Positions 19,044 to 31,025 of a stretch of DNA of 64,000 nucleotides are shown piece after piece (the first letter of the stretch is position 1; each line of letters starts with the position of its first letter). The notes below the pieces were generated by a model. That model did no database searches, was not told the DNA's origin, and saw only the letters and a list, made by a program, of their open reading frames with translations. Position numbers and translations under genes: made by a program. The DNA is from Candidatus Bathyarchaeota archaeon (GTDB lineage: Archaea; Thermoproteota; Bathyarchaeia; 40CM-2-53-6): contig CAVTBR010000001.1 in assembly GCA_963733055.1 (NCBI GenBank), positions 800,001-864,000 on the forward strand. The letters are read 5' to 3'.

Positions 19044-19298
19044 GGAAAATTAGCCTTTAAATGATGCATTTTCTGCATGCTACATAGTCGGCTTTAGGTC
19101 TGGTTACCGCATAGCGAGATTCTCAGCTATGAGGAGATTCGGCGTGTCGCATCCCTCTGCGTAGATATGGGCATAGAGAACATTTGACTCAGTGGCGGCG
19201 AACCCCTGAACATTTCATTCGTCCTCGGGGAAAAGGACGGACCTAAAGCCGTTCGAGCGATTCACGACGAATTTGGACTTGACAAGGATGGGAGTTGA
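19044..19298 (+). pseudogene. Chimeric scar: moaA promoter and internal fragment fused to an aspartate kinase C-terminal fragment
   Basis: 19044-19207 matches 36571-36632 plus 36736-36845. 19206-19298 encodes LNISFVLGEKDGPKAVRAIHDEFGLDKDGS*, the end of a LysC ACT domain. Confidence 0.85.
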
Positions 19299-19398
19299 GG
19301 CATACCGAGCCCCTCAAATAACTGGTCTTTGAAGTTCCAAACGTTTGCTTAATCCTTTGAAACTCCGGTCCAATTAGATTGAAAATGGTGCATGAAGT

Positions 19399-20232
19399 CT
19401 AGGCCGCTTGAGGATATGACCCTAGGACTCTTAGGAAGGTTGCCGACTTGGCTAGGGCTTCGAGCGCCTCAAAACAAGCAGGATCTGTCTTATGGCCCTC
19501 AATGTCTACGAAGAAATGGTACTCCCAAGGCGTCCCTCTGATCGGTCGCGACTCTATTTTCGTGAGATTGATTCCACGCTTCGCTAGTTCGCTAAGCGTC
19601 GTGTAAAGCGAACCTGGAACGTGTTTCGTGCCAAAGACGATCGACGTTTTGTCCTTCCCGGTTCTTGATTTTTCCTCCCTTCCGATCACGAAGAATCGGG
19701 TGAAGTTTTCGGGGGAATCTTCAATGTGTCTACTCAATATCTTCAATGCGTAAAGGGTCCCTGCCTTTTCGCTTGCTATGGCGGCTGCATCGCGGATGTT
19801 ATTCTCTTTTATCAGCTTAGCACTGCCAGCCGTGTCATACGTTGGTTGAAGTAGCACCGAAAGACGTTCGAGAAAAGCAGAACACTGGGCGAGCGCCTGT
19901 GGATGTGAATACACTGTGCGAATTTCATCAATTTGGACTCCAGGCAGCGCCAGTAGGCAATGGCTGACCCTGATTTTCACTTCGCCATTGATCTTTAGAG
20001 GTGACTGAAGTAAGAGATCATACGTCTGATTGACGCTACCCTCAATGGAGTTTTCGGCGGGAACAACCCCATGATCAGCAGACCCATCTTCAACCATCTT
20101 GAAAACCTGTTTGAGGGTATTGTTGGGTGTTGTTATGACCGATGCTCCGAAGAAGGATTGAGCTGCTTGCTCGCTGTACGCCCCGTGTTCGCCCTGAAAG
20201 GACACGCTAGGGCGACCGGCCTTGTTGCTCAA
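19399..20232 (-). CDS. pheA: Prephenate dehydratase
   Basis: GAYSEQA, ENSIEGSV, SHPQALAQC, NFTRF and LTKIESRP. Confidence 0.95.
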   Translation of the reverse strand: MSNKAGRPSVSFQGEHGAYSEQAAQSFFGASVITTPNNTLKQVFKMVEDGSADHGVVPAENSIEGSVNQTYDLLLQSPLKINGEVKIRVSHCLLALPGVQIDEIRTVYSHPQALAQCSAFLERLSVLLQPTYDTAGSAKLIKENNIRDAAAIASEKAGTLYALKILSRHIEDSPENFTRFFVIGREEKSRTGKDKTSIVFGTKHVPGSLYTTLSELAKRGINLTKIESRPIRGTPWEYHFFVDIEGHKTDPACFEALEALAKSATFLRVLGSYPQAA

Positions 20233-20265
20233 TTTGTCAACCTCATGAAACCGGCGGGCAACTCC

Positions 20266-21096
20266 CTAGAGTTCTTGGCAATGAATGCTATGAAAGTCGT
20301 TTGATTGTTTCAAAACTGGTAGTTTTTTCCTCGCTTCATCGACACGGCTGTCCTCAACGTCATAGAATCCGATGCGTTGTCCGGATCCCAAATCGAGAAC
20401 TTTCACTCCCAACGGATCAATCACCATGCTACGACCAACGAATGTATCATTTGCGTTGTCCACACCAATCACGTAACTTGTGATCTCCTGCGCCCGCGCC
20501 ATCAGAAGAGTCTGCCACTGTTCCTCTTTAAGAGGCCCGCGATACCAAGCTGACGGCACGATAATCACCCGCACTCCAGACATTACTTCACTCTTTGTCA
20601 ATTCAGGAAAGCGGATGTCGTAGCAGATGACGACACCCAACGATGTGTCACCTATCTTGAACAGAACCGGACTCGATCCCGCACGGAAGTATTCCGATTC
20701 CTTGTAGCCCAAAGCATCGAAGAGATGGATCTTGCGATAACCACCCTTAACCTCACCACGATCAATGATTACGGCGGTGTCGAAAATTCCGTCGTCGGCT
20801 TTCTCGAAGATCGGTACTACAGTGGCTACTTCCTTTTCCTTGCTCTTCTCTGCAACGAGAGTGATGAACTCGCCGTCTAGCGGTTCAGCCATCTCTTCCA
20901 CATAATTCCTGGATAGTCCTTCGTGCGGGTATCCCATACAGTATTCAGGGAATACAAGAAGGTCGGAGGTTTCCCCTGCCGATTCAATAACATCAACTGT
21001 GCGTTGTAGGTTTTCCTTCTTGGACGAAGTAACGTCCAGTTGAACCAGACCGATTCTCATTACTCCTTGCTTCAAAACAAATTCACGTGCCGGCAA
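20266..21096 (-). CDS. Carbon-nitrogen hydrolase (Nit/YafV-like)
   Basis: FPE, YRKIHLFD and ICYDIRFPE triad. Confidence 0.88.
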   Translation of the reverse strand: MPAREFVLKQGVMRIGLVQLDVTSSKKENLQRTVDVIESAGETSDLLVFPEYCMGYPHEGLSRNYVEEMAEPLDGEFITLVAEKSKEKEVATVVPIFEKADDGIFDTAVIIDRGEVKGGYRKIHLFDALGYKESEYFRAGSSPVLFKIGDTSLGVVICYDIRFPELTKSEVMSGVRVIIVPSAWYRGPLKEEQWQTLLMARAQEITSYVIGVDNANDTFVGRSMVIDPLGVKVLDLGSGQRIGFYDVEDSRVDEARKKLPVLKQSNDFHSIHCQEL

Positions 21097-21257
21097 ACCT
21101 CTTCACAACTGGCCTTGTACATCTACCTAGCTTTTGGAATACTACCAGTATAATCAATTTACCTTCACGAGAGCCACTGAGAATTGCTATCAGGTACACA
21201 CCTAGCAAGAACCTTAGATTGAGGAAGTGTAACTTACACAACAGGAAACTTTCGAAA

Positions 21258-22088
21258 TTGTTGGACTCGATTTCATTCATCGGTGGCGGAGTTATGGGGG
21301 AAGCAATGATCCAAGGACTGCTGTCTAGGAAGACCGTGAAACCTAATGGAATAATCGCCAGCGAACCAAGGAAGGAACGCCGCGAGGAACTGAAACGAAA
21401 GTATGGCGTCAAAGTCACTTCGGATAATCGTGAAGCTATCAAGTCCTGTGAGGTCGTTGTACTCGCACTCAAACCTCAAGACTTAGAGGCAGCCATCACC
21501 GAGTTGAAAGGTTCCTTGCTGCCGAACCAAATGGTCATGTCGATCGTCGCGGGTGCGCGCCTCAAGACGATCAGTAAGGGATTAGCACATGAGGTTGTTG
21601 TACGAGTGATGCCTAATACGCCGGCTCAGATTGGCGAGGGGATGAGCGTATGGACAGCGACACACGGCGTGAGCCATGGGCAGCTTGACCAAGCAAAAAC
21701 AATCTTGCAAGCCTTAGGTAAGGAGCGTTACATGAATGACGAGAAGTTCCTGGATATGGCGACAGCGGTCAGTGGCACGGGTCCCACATACGTCTTTCTA
21801 GTTATGGAGGCCATGATCGATGCAGCAGTCCATCTCGGGTTTCCTAGACACATAGCTTACGAGTTAGTTACAGAGACTATGAGAGGCTCCATCAACTTCG
21901 CTATGAAATCGACCAAGCACCCGGCAGAGCTACGTAACATGGTCACATCCCCGGGAGGCACCAGCGCCGCGGCCCTTTACCAGTTGGAGAAAGGAAGTCT
22001 GCGCACGGTCCTTTCAAAAGCCATCATGGCCGCCTACGAGCAAAGCAAGTCGCTAGGAGGAGAAAGTGGCTCTTCGGTTAAGGCTTAG
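21258..22088 (+). CDS. proC: Pyrroline-5-carboxylate reductase
   Basis: FIGGGVMG, VMPNTP, SGTGPTY and VTSPGGT; start placed at TTG 21258. Confidence 0.93.
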   Translation: MLDSISFIGGGVMGEAMIQGLLSRKTVKPNGIIASEPRKERREELKRKYGVKVTSDNREAIKSCEVVVLALKPQDLEAAITELKGSLLPNQMVMSIVAGARLKTISKGLAHEVVVRVMPNTPAQIGEGMSVWTATHGVSHGQLDQAKTILQALGKERYMNDEKFLDMATAVSGTGPTYVFLVMEAMIDAAVHLGFPRHIAYELVTETMRGSINFAMKSTKHPAELRNMVTSPGGTSAAALYQLEKGSLRTVLSKAIMAAYEQSKSLGGESGSSVKA

Positions 22089-22152
22089 AAAAGAAACTCA
22101 GCTAGGTAAAAGCTAGACTTTACGTGTTGAGATCATACATGAAAGTAAAGAG

Positions 22153-23137
22153 TCAGGGTTTCTGCGGCTGGTGAACGTGCGTCGCAGGAATATCGTACTG
22201 AAGGACGCCATAAACGGGCGTCAAATACTTGCGATACTTATCGTTGGCACCGATTACGACTCGGTCGTACTCTTCGCCCAATCGTAGTGTTATTCGGCCT
22301 GGCCTTCCATTTCCTACTGGTTTGCGATCAATGTTCAGAATCGGAGCTACTTCAGCAGCGGTGCCAGTGAAAAAGGCCTCCTCACAGGTGTACAGTTCAG
22401 CTCGGGCGATTGTACGTTCCTTGAAAGGCACGTCATCGTCCTTGATTAGATCTATGACGGTTTGACGTGTTATACCGTTCAGGATGCCAGAGGAGGAAGT
22501 TGGCGTAGAAATGATCCCATCTTTAATTATGAAGATGTTTTCTCCCGTGCCTTCAGAAACGTCCCCTTTATTGTCGAGGAACAATGCCTCGTCGAAACCT
22601 GCCTCAGCTGCTTCAGTTCTAGCGAGGACAGAATTGATGTAATGGCCACAAGCCTTAGCCATGCCGGGCACGGCTGGTTCGCCAATACGGCGCCACGTTG
22701 AGACACAAATATCCAGTCCTGGTTTGTTTTCGTCGAAATATTTCTCATATGGAAAAGCGATGATGCTGACCGAGGTTGGTGTCGCTCTTGCGTCAAGGTT
22801 TATTCCTCCAACACCCTTGAAGGCGATAGGCCTGATGTACAAAGATGAATGGAAATCATTCTTCTCTATAAGACCCGAAACCGCTTCACAAATTTCTTCT
22901 TCACTATAAGGTAGGTCGAAGCTGTATATCTTCGCAGGATTCGGCCATGCGTCTAATGTGGTCCCTAAGTCTGAATACGAGAACCTCGTCCCCCGATTTG
23001 TACGCTCTTATACCTTCGAAGACCCCCGTCCCATAGTGTAGGGCATGTGTAAACACGTGCACGGTGGCCTTCTCCCAAGGAACAATTTCCCCATCTAGCC
23101 AAACGAATTTCGCTGGAGGCTTGAACAAAGTCTTCAA
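22153..23137 (-). CDS. ilvE: Branched-chain amino acid aminotransferase, +1 indel near 22938
   Basis: [12 protein letters not shown] in the 5' ORF and [24 protein letters not shown] in the 3' ORF. Confidence 0.92.
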
Positions 23138-23757
23138 CTCCTCGCAACATCAACTAATTGAAACGGACGCAGGCTGCGTTCATACGAACGAATCTCTTGT
23201 TCATGTAGTAGCGTCAGGGATATCTCATCGAGACCTTCCAAGAGACATTTTTTCCTGAATGCGTCCACATCGAAACGTAGGTCGTGTCCGTCAGGTTTTC
23301 CGATTGTCTGCGTTTCTAAGTCTACCCGCAAGGAGTAACCCTCATGTTTTGAGGTCTCCTCGAAGAGTTGACTTACCGTTGTTTCGTCGAGGGTGATCGG
23401 AAGAATTCCGTTCTTGAAGCAGTTGTTGTAGAATATGTCGGCGTACGATGGTGCGATTAAGACCTTGAACCCGTAGTCCGAGAGAGCCCACACAGCGTGT
23501 TCGCGGGAGCTTCCGCAGCCGAAATTTGCTCGCGTCAGCAGGATTTTGCCATCTTTGTAACGTGGATGGTTCAAGATGAAATCCGTCGTTAGGGTCCCGT
23601 CTGGATGAAAACGCCAGTCGTAGAATAGATAGTGACCAAACCCTGTTCTCTCCGTTAGTTTGAGGAATTGTTTGGGAATGATCTGGTCTGTGTCAACGTT
23701 TACTCGATCTAACGGTACGACAACTCCAGTCTGTGGTTTGAAGGGATCCATAATCAA
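23134..23757 (-). CDS. leuD: 3-isopropylmalate dehydratase small subunit
   Basis: [13 protein letters not shown] and [11 protein letters not shown]. Confidence 0.96.
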   Translation of the reverse strand: MIMDPFKPQTGVVVPLDRVNVDTDQIIPKQFLKLTERTGFGHYLFYDWRFHPDGTLTTDFILNHPRYKDGKILLTRANFGCGSSREHAVWALSDYGFKVLIAPSYADIFYNNCFKNGILPITLDETTVSQLFEETSKHEGYSLRVDLETQTIGKPDGHDLRFDVDAFRKKCLLEGLDEISLTLLHEQEIRSYERSLRPFQLVDVARS

Positions 23758-25170
23758 TCAGCTTGCTACGTCCCACTCACGTACATCTACAAAATGACCA
23801 GCAACTGCGGCTGCCGCAGCCATAATCGGACTCACCAAATGTGTTCGTCCTCCCCGACCCTGCCTTCCCTCGAAATTTCGGTTCGAGGTACTCGCGCACC
23901 GATCGCCCGACGCGAGTATGTCAGGATTCATTCCCAAGCACATGCTGCATCCAGACTCCCTCCATTCGAAGCCCGCTTCTTTGAAGTCGCGATCTAATCC
24001 CTGCTTCTCCGCTTGATACTTGACTAGCTGGGAACCTGGCACAACCATAGCGCGCAGTCCCGGAGCCACTTTCTTTCCCTTGATCATCTTCGAAGCCGCA
24101 ACGAGATCCGTGAGGCGAGAATTGGTGCAGGAGCCGATGAACACTCTATCGAGTTTGATTGACTGTATGGCTGTACCCGGTTGTAGGTCCATATACTCCA
24201 AAGCACGAGTGGCAGCCTCTCTCATCTGTGAATTTTCGAATTCTTCTGGGTGTGGGACAGAACCTGTAACGTCGGTAACCATCGCTGGGGTAGTTCCCCA
24301 AGTCACCTGAGGCTTCATCCTACCTGCGTCCAATTCCACACTCTTATCAAACGAGGCGCCCGAATCCGTTCGGAGTTCGCGCCATTGTTTCTCCGCCTCT
24401 TCGAAAACTTCCCCTCCTGGCGCGTACTTCCGGCCCCGAACGTAACGAAACGTGGTTTCATCGGGGGCGATCAGGCCAGCTCTCGCCCCACCCTCTATGG
24501 TCATGTTGCATATCGTCATGCGTTCTTCCATAGACAATGATGTAATTGCTTCGCCTCGGTACTCGATGATCGAACCTGTTCCACCAGCGGTCCCAATGCG
24601 GCCAATTATCGAGAGGATTATGTCCTTGGCCGTGACTCCGTTAGGAGGATTGCCATCAACACGAACTTCGAAGGATTCTGGTTTCTCGAGCGAAAGACAC
24701 TGCGTAGCTAAGACATGCTCAACTTCACTCGTCCCGATTCCTAAGGCTAAAGCCCCAAATGCTCCGTGAGTCGATGTGTGACTGTCACCACAGACGATTG
24801 TTAGTCCGGGAAGCGTTATTCCGAGTTCTGGTCCAATTACGTGAACGATTCCTTGGTTTGGGCTTGCCAAATCAAAGAACGTGATTCCGAAATCCACACA
24901 ATTTCGAGCCAACGCTTCAATTTGTTTTTTGGAGACTGGGTCTTGTATTGGGATCGAACGATCGGTGGTTGGAACGTTATGATCAACGGTCGCGAATGTC
25001 AGGTCTGGTCTCCTAGCACGCCTTCCTGCTGATCGTAGTCCCTCGAAAGCTTGCGGTGAGGTTACCTCGTGGACTAGGTGTCTGTCAATCCAAATTAGGC
25101 TTGGCCGACCTTCCTCCTCGTATACGAGGTGGTCTTCCCAGATTTTTTCAAAAAGTGTTCGAGGAGGCAT
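23758..25170 (-). CDS. leuC: 3-isopropylmalate dehydratase large subunit
   Basis: [29 protein letters not shown] and [12 protein letters not shown]. Confidence 0.97.
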   Translation of the reverse strand: MPPRTLFEKIWEDHLVYEEEGRPSLIWIDRHLVHEVTSPQAFEGLRSAGRRARRPDLTFATVDHNVPTTDRSIPIQDPVSKKQIEALARNCVDFGITFFDLASPNQGIVHVIGPELGITLPGLTIVCGDSHTSTHGAFGALALGIGTSEVEHVLATQCLSLEKPESFEVRVDGNPPNGVTAKDIILSIIGRIGTAGGTGSIIEYRGEAITSLSMEERMTICNMTIEGGARAGLIAPDETTFRYVRGRKYAPGGEVFEEAEKQWRELRTDSGASFDKSVELDAGRMKPQVTWGTTPAMVTDVTGSVPHPEEFENSQMREAATRALEYMDLQPGTAIQSIKLDRVFIGSCTNSRLTDLVAASKMIKGKKVAPGLRAMVVPGSQLVKYQAEKQGLDRDFKEAGFEWRESGCSMCLGMNPDILASGDRCASTSNRNFEGRQGRGGRTHLVSPIMAAAAAVAGHFVDVREWDVAS

Positions 25171-25195
25171 TGTTCATCAACTTTGGATTATTGGG

Positions 25196-26876
25196 TCACT
25201 CACAAACCGCACCTTCGGCCGCGGAATGCACCAGTTTCGCGTACCTGAACAAAACACCTCGCTTGTACTTGGGTTCGGGTTGCTTCCATTGTTTTCAATC
25301 GTGCCGCGAATTCTTCGTCGCTTACGTCCGCTTCAAGGTGACGAAGTTTCGCGTCAACCGTGACCACATCGTCGTCCCTCAGAAGAGCCAGTGGTCCGCC
25401 AACCTGAGCCTCAGGTGAAACATGACCTATCATCAATCCGCGGGTGGCACCAGAGAACCTTCCGTCCGTCACTAACGCTACCTCTTCCCCAAGTCCTTGA
25501 CCTACGATTGCAGCAGTAATCGAAAGCATCTCACGCATGCCCGGTCCCCCTTTGGGACCCTCGTAGCGTATGACGACCACATCGCCAGCTTTGATTCCTC
25601 CTTCGCTCACAGCTCGGAAGGCCTCCTCCTCAGAATCGAAAAGTCTTGCTGGGCCACGATGCGTAAGCCTAGATGAACTCGAAATTTTTGCAACTGCACC
25701 GTCTGGCGCCAAATTTCCCTTGAGGACCACTAGGCCGCCCTCTTGCGAGAATGGGTTGGAAACGTCTCTCACAACGTCCTGTTGTCCGTCGTCGAAATGG
25801 ATTTCTTCAATATTCTGGCGAATGGTTTTACCCGTGACCGTAAGTGTTTCTCCGTTCAATGCCCCCTTCTCTAGCAGTTTTTTCATTATGAGAGGAACCC
25901 CGCCGGCGCGGTCTAGGTCATACATCACATACCTGCCACCCGGTCTCAGATCCGCGATCTTGGGAGTCCTTCGGCCTACGCGTTCGAAATCGTCTAAGGT
26001 GACCTTGATTCCTGCCTCATACGCGATGGCCGGGATGTGCAGAAAAGCATTCGTTGAACCTCCCATCGCTTGAACGACAGCAATGGCGTTTTCGAATGCT
26101 TCGAAAGTTAGGATGTCGCTCGGGCGAATCCCATTCTCAATGAGTCGCATGACGGCTAGACCGCTTAGATATGATGCTTGGTAACGTCGCTGATCAATTG
26201 CTGGGGGTGAAGCTGTACCCGGGAGAGACAGACCTAAGGCCTCCATGGCTGAGGCCATCGTGTTAGCCGTGTAGAGCCCTCCGCACGAGCCTTCACCTGG
26301 ACAGGCTGAGCACTCAAGGTTGTTGAGCTGCTCCGAAGTCATTTTGCCCGCAGCATATGACCCCACGGCCTCGAAGACGTCTTGAATTGTCACATCGCGG
26401 CCTTCGAACCTTCCGGGCATTATTGTTCCTCCGTACAAGAAGACTGATGGAATATTCAGTCTCGCTGACGCCATCGCTGATCCTGGAAGACTTTTGTCGC
26501 AACCTGCTACGGTAACGAGACCATCTAGGCTTTGCCCAATTGCCATAACCTCAATTGAATCGGCGATGATCTCTCGACTTACGAGTGATGCTTTCATGCC
26601 TTCGGTTCCCATTGAAACGCCATCGCTGACTGCGATAGTTCCAAACTCAAATGGAGTTCCTTTCGCACTCCGTACACCTTCTTTGACTTTCTTCGTGAGT
26701 TTGTTCAAGTGAAAATTGCATGGCGTGACCTCGTTCCATGTGCTTGCAACACCCACGAATGGTTGACCGAAGTCCTCAGTTGTGTAGCCGATGGCTCGGA
26801 GCATTGAGCGATTTGGGGCCCGCTGGGGACCTTCGGTTATGTCCCTGCTTCTCAGGCGGGAGTCTTTGGAAACCAT
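25196..26876 (-). CDS. ilvD: Dihydroxy-acid dehydratase, +1 indel near 25293
   Basis: [21 protein letters not shown] and TDGRFSG. The canonical end [30 protein letters not shown] lies in the neighbouring frame. Confidence 0.95.
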
Positions 26877-26938
26877 CCATCAAATCCTTCTTGTGTGTTC
26901 TGATTGCTTGACTTTTGAGAGTATCATCTTGGCCTCAT

Positions 26939-28474
26939 CTATCCCTCTTTCAAGAGAGGGGCACTTGGGACTTCTGAGAGCCGTCGTCGGAGCAAGATTT
27001 TGTTTATTGCTTCAATCATGGCTTCGACGCTCGCGACGACCACGTCTTCCCTTGCAGCACTTGCCGAAACCGTCGTCCCATTCGAGTCTTCGACCTTAAC
27101 CAGAGCTTCGGCTAGAGCGTCCGATCCTCCGGTAATTGCTTTGAGGCGATATTCTTTCAAGGTGACCTGCACAGACGGGTCGGTAATCTTCTGAACCGCG
27201 CGAATTGCTGCATCAACGGGGCCGAGGCCTGTCTCTGCAGAGGTGTATTCTTTCTTGTTTAATCGTAAGCGTACTGAGGCCGTTGGAACTAATCCCTTCC
27301 CGGTTACAACGGCGAGATCGACTAAGTCTAGGATGCGTTCTGCTCCTTTTGTTTTCCCTAATACTGCCTCGGCAATTGCGCCTAGGTCGGCATCAGTTAC
27401 GGTCTTCCCTTTGTCACCGACGTCTTTGACTCTCGTAACTATCTCGGCGAGTTGATTTTTGTCAGGGAAAAGACCTTCTTCCGCCAGCTGAGCTGCGATT
27501 CCATGTGCTCCAGCGTGCTTGCCTGCTTGGAACCAGCGGCGGCGGCCGACCAGGCTAGGGTCGTACGGTTCGTATGTAAGCGGCATTTCGGTTATGCCGT
27601 GGGTGTGAATTCCGGATTCATGCCCGAAAGCATTCTCGCCCACAACGGCTTTGTTGGGTTGAACTCGGATCCCAGTTAGTGTTGCGACCAGTTTCGATGT
27701 TTCAGTCAAGAGCTCCGTTTTGATGTTCGTTTTTTGATTGTATAGCCTATGAAGCGACATCACCAATTCTTCCAAAGAAGTGTTTCCTGCTCTTTCCCCG
27801 AGTCCATTTACAGTCACGTGCGCTTGAACCGCTCCCACCTCAATAGCGGCGAGGCTGTTCGCTACCGCAAGGCCAAAGTCATCGTGACAGTGAATACTAA
27901 CGGGGACGCTGGTTGACGAGACAAGTTCTCTCGTAATCATGGCGATATTTTGCGGTGAAGAAATCCCGACCGTGTCCGGGATGTTTATGCGGTCCGCGCC
28001 GGACTGTTCCGCGGTTTTGTAGGCTTCCTTCAGGAAGCCAATTTCAGTTCGCGTTGCGTCTTCAGCGGAGAACTCGACGATTTGAGCGTGTTGTTTGGCG
28101 TAAGAAACAGAATCGGCTATGCGACTGAGCACTTGGTCTCTGTTCAGTTTGAGTTTGTATTTTAGGTGAAGGTCTGAGGTAGCTATGAATACGTGCACGG
28201 ACCTCACACCCGTGCTTAACGCGGTGTCGATGTCGTTCTTGTTCGCCCGGGCTAAAGCTACGACTTCGCATGATAGACCTGCTTTCGCAACTGCCCCAAC
28301 CGATTCGCATTCACCTGCTGAGCTTATTGGAAAACCTGCTTCGATCGCGTCGACACCGAGTTTATCGAGCTGTCGGGCGATTCTGACTTTCTCGTCTGGC
28401 GTTAGGGATACGCCCGGTGTTTGTTCTCCATCCCTAAGAGTAGTGTCGAAAATCCGAACATGGTTTGAGTTCAT
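26939..28474 (-). CDS. leuA: 2-isopropylmalate synthase
   Basis: [30 protein letters not shown] and a regulatory domain with GPVDA. Confidence 0.88.
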   Translation of the reverse strand: MNSNHVRIFDTTLRDGEQTPGVSLTPDEKVRIARQLDKLGVDAIEAGFPISSAGECESVGAVAKAGLSCEVVALARANKNDIDTALSTGVRSVHVFIATSDLHLKYKLKLNRDQVLSRIADSVSYAKQHAQIVEFSAEDATRTEIGFLKEAYKTAEQSGADRINIPDTVGISSPQNIAMITRELVSSTSVPVSIHCHDDFGLAVANSLAAIEVGAVQAHVTVNGLGERAGNTSLEELVMSLHRLYNQKTNIKTELLTETSKLVATLTGIRVQPNKAVVGENAFGHESGIHTHGITEMPLTYEPYDPSLVGRRRWFQAGKHAGAHGIAAQLAEEGLFPDKNQLAEIVTRVKDVGDKGKTVTDADLGAIAEAVLGKTKGAERILDLVDLAVVTGKGLVPTASVRLRLNKKEYTSAETGLGPVDAAIRAVQKITDPSVQVTLKEYRLKAITGGSDALAEALVKVEDSNGTTVSASAAREDVVVASVEAMIEAINKILLRRRLSEVPSAPLLKEG

Positions 28475-29516
28475 TCGAAGATCACCTCACCTAATTCCGT
28501 CTTGATCGCTCTGCCCATTTCGAGAGTGCTGAGTCTCCCTCCGAGATCCGGAGTAACTGCTCCTCTGGCCAAGCAGCTTTCTACAGCTCTTTGGATCGCT
28601 CTTGAAGAACGCCTGGCGTCGTCGTCATGTTTCTGTAGTCCGAGCCAGTCCAACATCATGGCTGCGGAGAGAATAAGGGACGTGGGATTTGCAATGTTTT
28701 TGCCTGCGATATCGGGTGCGCAACCGTGTACCGGTTCAAAGATAGCGAAATCTTGACCGATGTTTGCCGATGGAGCTAGGCCGAGACCGCCTACTACTTG
28801 AGCTGCTTCGTCAGAGAGAATGTCGCCGAACATGTTTGTTGTCACTATGACGTCGAATTGTTGTGGATTTCTGATCAGGTTCATCGCGGCAGCGTCCACT
28901 AGCATGTCGGAGAAATGAATGTCAGGGTAGTTCGAAGCTACCTCTCTGCAAATAGATAGGAACAAGCCGTCAGTTTTCTTCATGACATTGGCTTTGTGTA
29001 CTCCAGTAACTGAGTTCCTTCGCTCTCGGGCGAGTTTGAACGCATACCTAGCGATGCGCTCGCACGCCTTCCGTGTGATCACGCGCGTTGCGGTGGCCCT
29101 TTCGTTATCCCCGGCCTCCAAACCCGAGTACAGATCCTCCGTGTTCTCCCTGACGATGACTAAGTCCGTCAATGGATTCAGGCATGGAACGTTCGGAAAT
29201 GATTTTGCGGGTCGTATGTTCGCGTAAAGATCGCATAGCTGTCGCAGACGGATAATGACTTCGTAGGCGGACTGCCCAATGGGGCCCTTAAGACAACAGT
29301 CGCTCTTCCTGATTGCGTCAACAGTCCCTTCTGGCAACGCTTGTCCATGTTTCTCCAAAGCTCGATCACCGGCTTCGACTGAAACAAGGTCCAGTGAGAC
29401 GCCGAAAGCGTTCTCAACCTCAGCAAGGACTTCCTTTGTCGCAGCAGATTGCTCCGGACCTATACCATCTCCCTCTACGAGGGTTACTGTGTAAGTCGTA
29501 TCGCTTCACCAGCCAT
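28471..29516 (-). CDS. leuB: 3-isopropylmalate dehydrogenase, one base missing near 29500
   Basis: The frame extends upstream to [16 protein letters not shown]; also [20 protein letters not shown] and EPVHG. Confidence 0.9.
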
Positions 29517-29521
29517 TGGTT

Positions 29522-30511
29522 CTAATTCTCGAGGCCCGAGAGCTTTCGAATGTCCTTACCCACTTTTTCGATGGAGTGGTTCGATAACTCCGTTAACATC
29601 TCGTCTAGCTCCTGGGCGCTTTTTTCTCGGTCCCCGGTCCATGTCTTGGCGAAAGCTCCCGATCGAATTTCCTTCAGAATCGCTGTCATGTTGTCTCGAA
29701 CTTTTTTGTCTACGACTTTGGGTCCTACCGTCAGGCCTCCGAATTTGGCAGTGTCCGATATTCGTCGGAGCATTCCTACGAAGCCGTACTGGTAGACTAG
29801 ATCCATTATGAGTTTCATTTCATTGCAGGTTTCGTAATAGGCGAGTTCTGGGGCGTACCCAGCGCCGACCAGGGTTTCGTATCCGTTGATGATAAGTCGC
29901 ATTAATCCTCCCACGAGGACTGCTTGCTCACCGAAGAGGTCGGTTTCGGTTTCATCCTTGAATGTTGTTTCGATCACGCCCGCCCTAGACGCACCGATCC
30001 CTTTACACATCGCGAGAACAAAATCACGGGCCCGTCCTGATGGGTTCTGGTAAACAGCGAAAAGAGCGGGTACACCAAAGCCGGTTACGTAGAGTTCACG
30101 TAATCTCTGGCCAGGGCTTTTGGGAGCGACCATTATTACGTCTACATTCTTGGGGGGGACAATGTCGCCAAAGTGAATGTTGTAGCCATGTGAGAAACTG
30201 AGTGTTTTGCCAGCTTTTAGATTCGGCTCAATTTCTGCTTTGAAAACAGCTGGCTGCTGTGGGTCAGGAATCAAGACCAAGATGGTGTCGGCTTTGGCAG
30301 ATGCATCCGTGACGGTTACCGGTTGGAAGCCGTCACTCTCTGCCAACTTCCATGATTTGCCGTCCTTGCGTAGACCCAAAAAGACTTCGGCACCCGAATC
30401 CCGCAGGTTTAGTGCCTGGGCTCGGCCTTGGCTCCCGTAGCCGATAACGCCGATCTTCGCTCCAACTATAGGGGAAACGTCGATTTCTTTATCGTAGTAT
30501 ACTTTCACCAT
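29522..30511 (-). CDS. ilvC: Ketol-acid reductoisomerase
   Basis: GYGSQG, APKSPG and ETETDLFGEQ. Confidence 0.96.
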   Translation of the reverse strand: MVKVYYDKEIDVSPIVGAKIGVIGYGSQGRAQALNLRDSGAEVFLGLRKDGKSWKLAESDGFQPVTVTDASAKADTILVLIPDPQQPAVFKAEIEPNLKAGKTLSFSHGYNIHFGDIVPPKNVDVIMVAPKSPGQRLRELYVTGFGVPALFAVYQNPSGRARDFVLAMCKGIGASRAGVIETTFKDETETDLFGEQAVLVGGLMRLIINGYETLVGAGYAPELAYYETCNEMKLIMDLVYQYGFVGMLRRISDTAKFGGLTVGPKVVDKKVRDNMTAILKEIRSGAFAKTWTGDREKSAQELDEMLTELSNHSIEKVGKDIRKLSGLEN

Positions 30512-30512
30512 T

Positions 30513-31025
30513 TCAAGTCACTCTCTGAGTTATCATTTCGCGAGCGAGCGCTGCTGCACCTGTCCGGGCCACTTTCTTGAGTCCGAAGTTTCGGGCAAGG
30601 TTTACGAAAGCGTTGACCTTGTCGGAGTCACCTGAAACCTCAACCGTCAAAGTGTCTGAGGAAATATCGACGATATCCCCCCGGAAAGTTTCAATAAAGT
30701 TCATGACCTCGGGCCTTGTCACCGGTGCCCCAGGCGAGAATTTGACGAGCGCCAGTTCACGAACAGTCGCATTTCTCTCCTCGAGGGTTTCGACGTTTCT
30801 AACATCGATAAGGCCGTCAATGGTCTTCATCACCTGGTCGAATCTGGCGTAGTCTGAGAACATCGTGAAGGTCATTCTTGCCACTCCAGGTATCTCGGCT
30901 GGGCCCACGGCTATGCTTTCAATGTTGAATGACTTTCTGCGAATCAGGTTGGAGATACGGTAGAGAACGCCTGGCCTGTTCTCAACTAAGGCTGATATGA
31001 TTCGTAGTTGCGAATCGTTATTCAT
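30513..31025 (-). CDS. ilvN: Acetolactate synthase small (regulatory ACT) subunit
   Basis: VENRPGVL..FNIESI, RELALVK and ARTG. Confidence 0.93.
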   Translation of the reverse strand: MNNDSQLRIISALVENRPGVLYRISNLIRRKSFNIESIAVGPAEIPGVARMTFTMFSDYARFDQVMKTIDGLIDVRNVETLEERNATVRELALVKFSPGAPVTRPEVMNFIETFRGDIVDISSDTLTVEVSGDSDKVNAFVNLARNFGLKKVARTGAAALAREMITQRVT

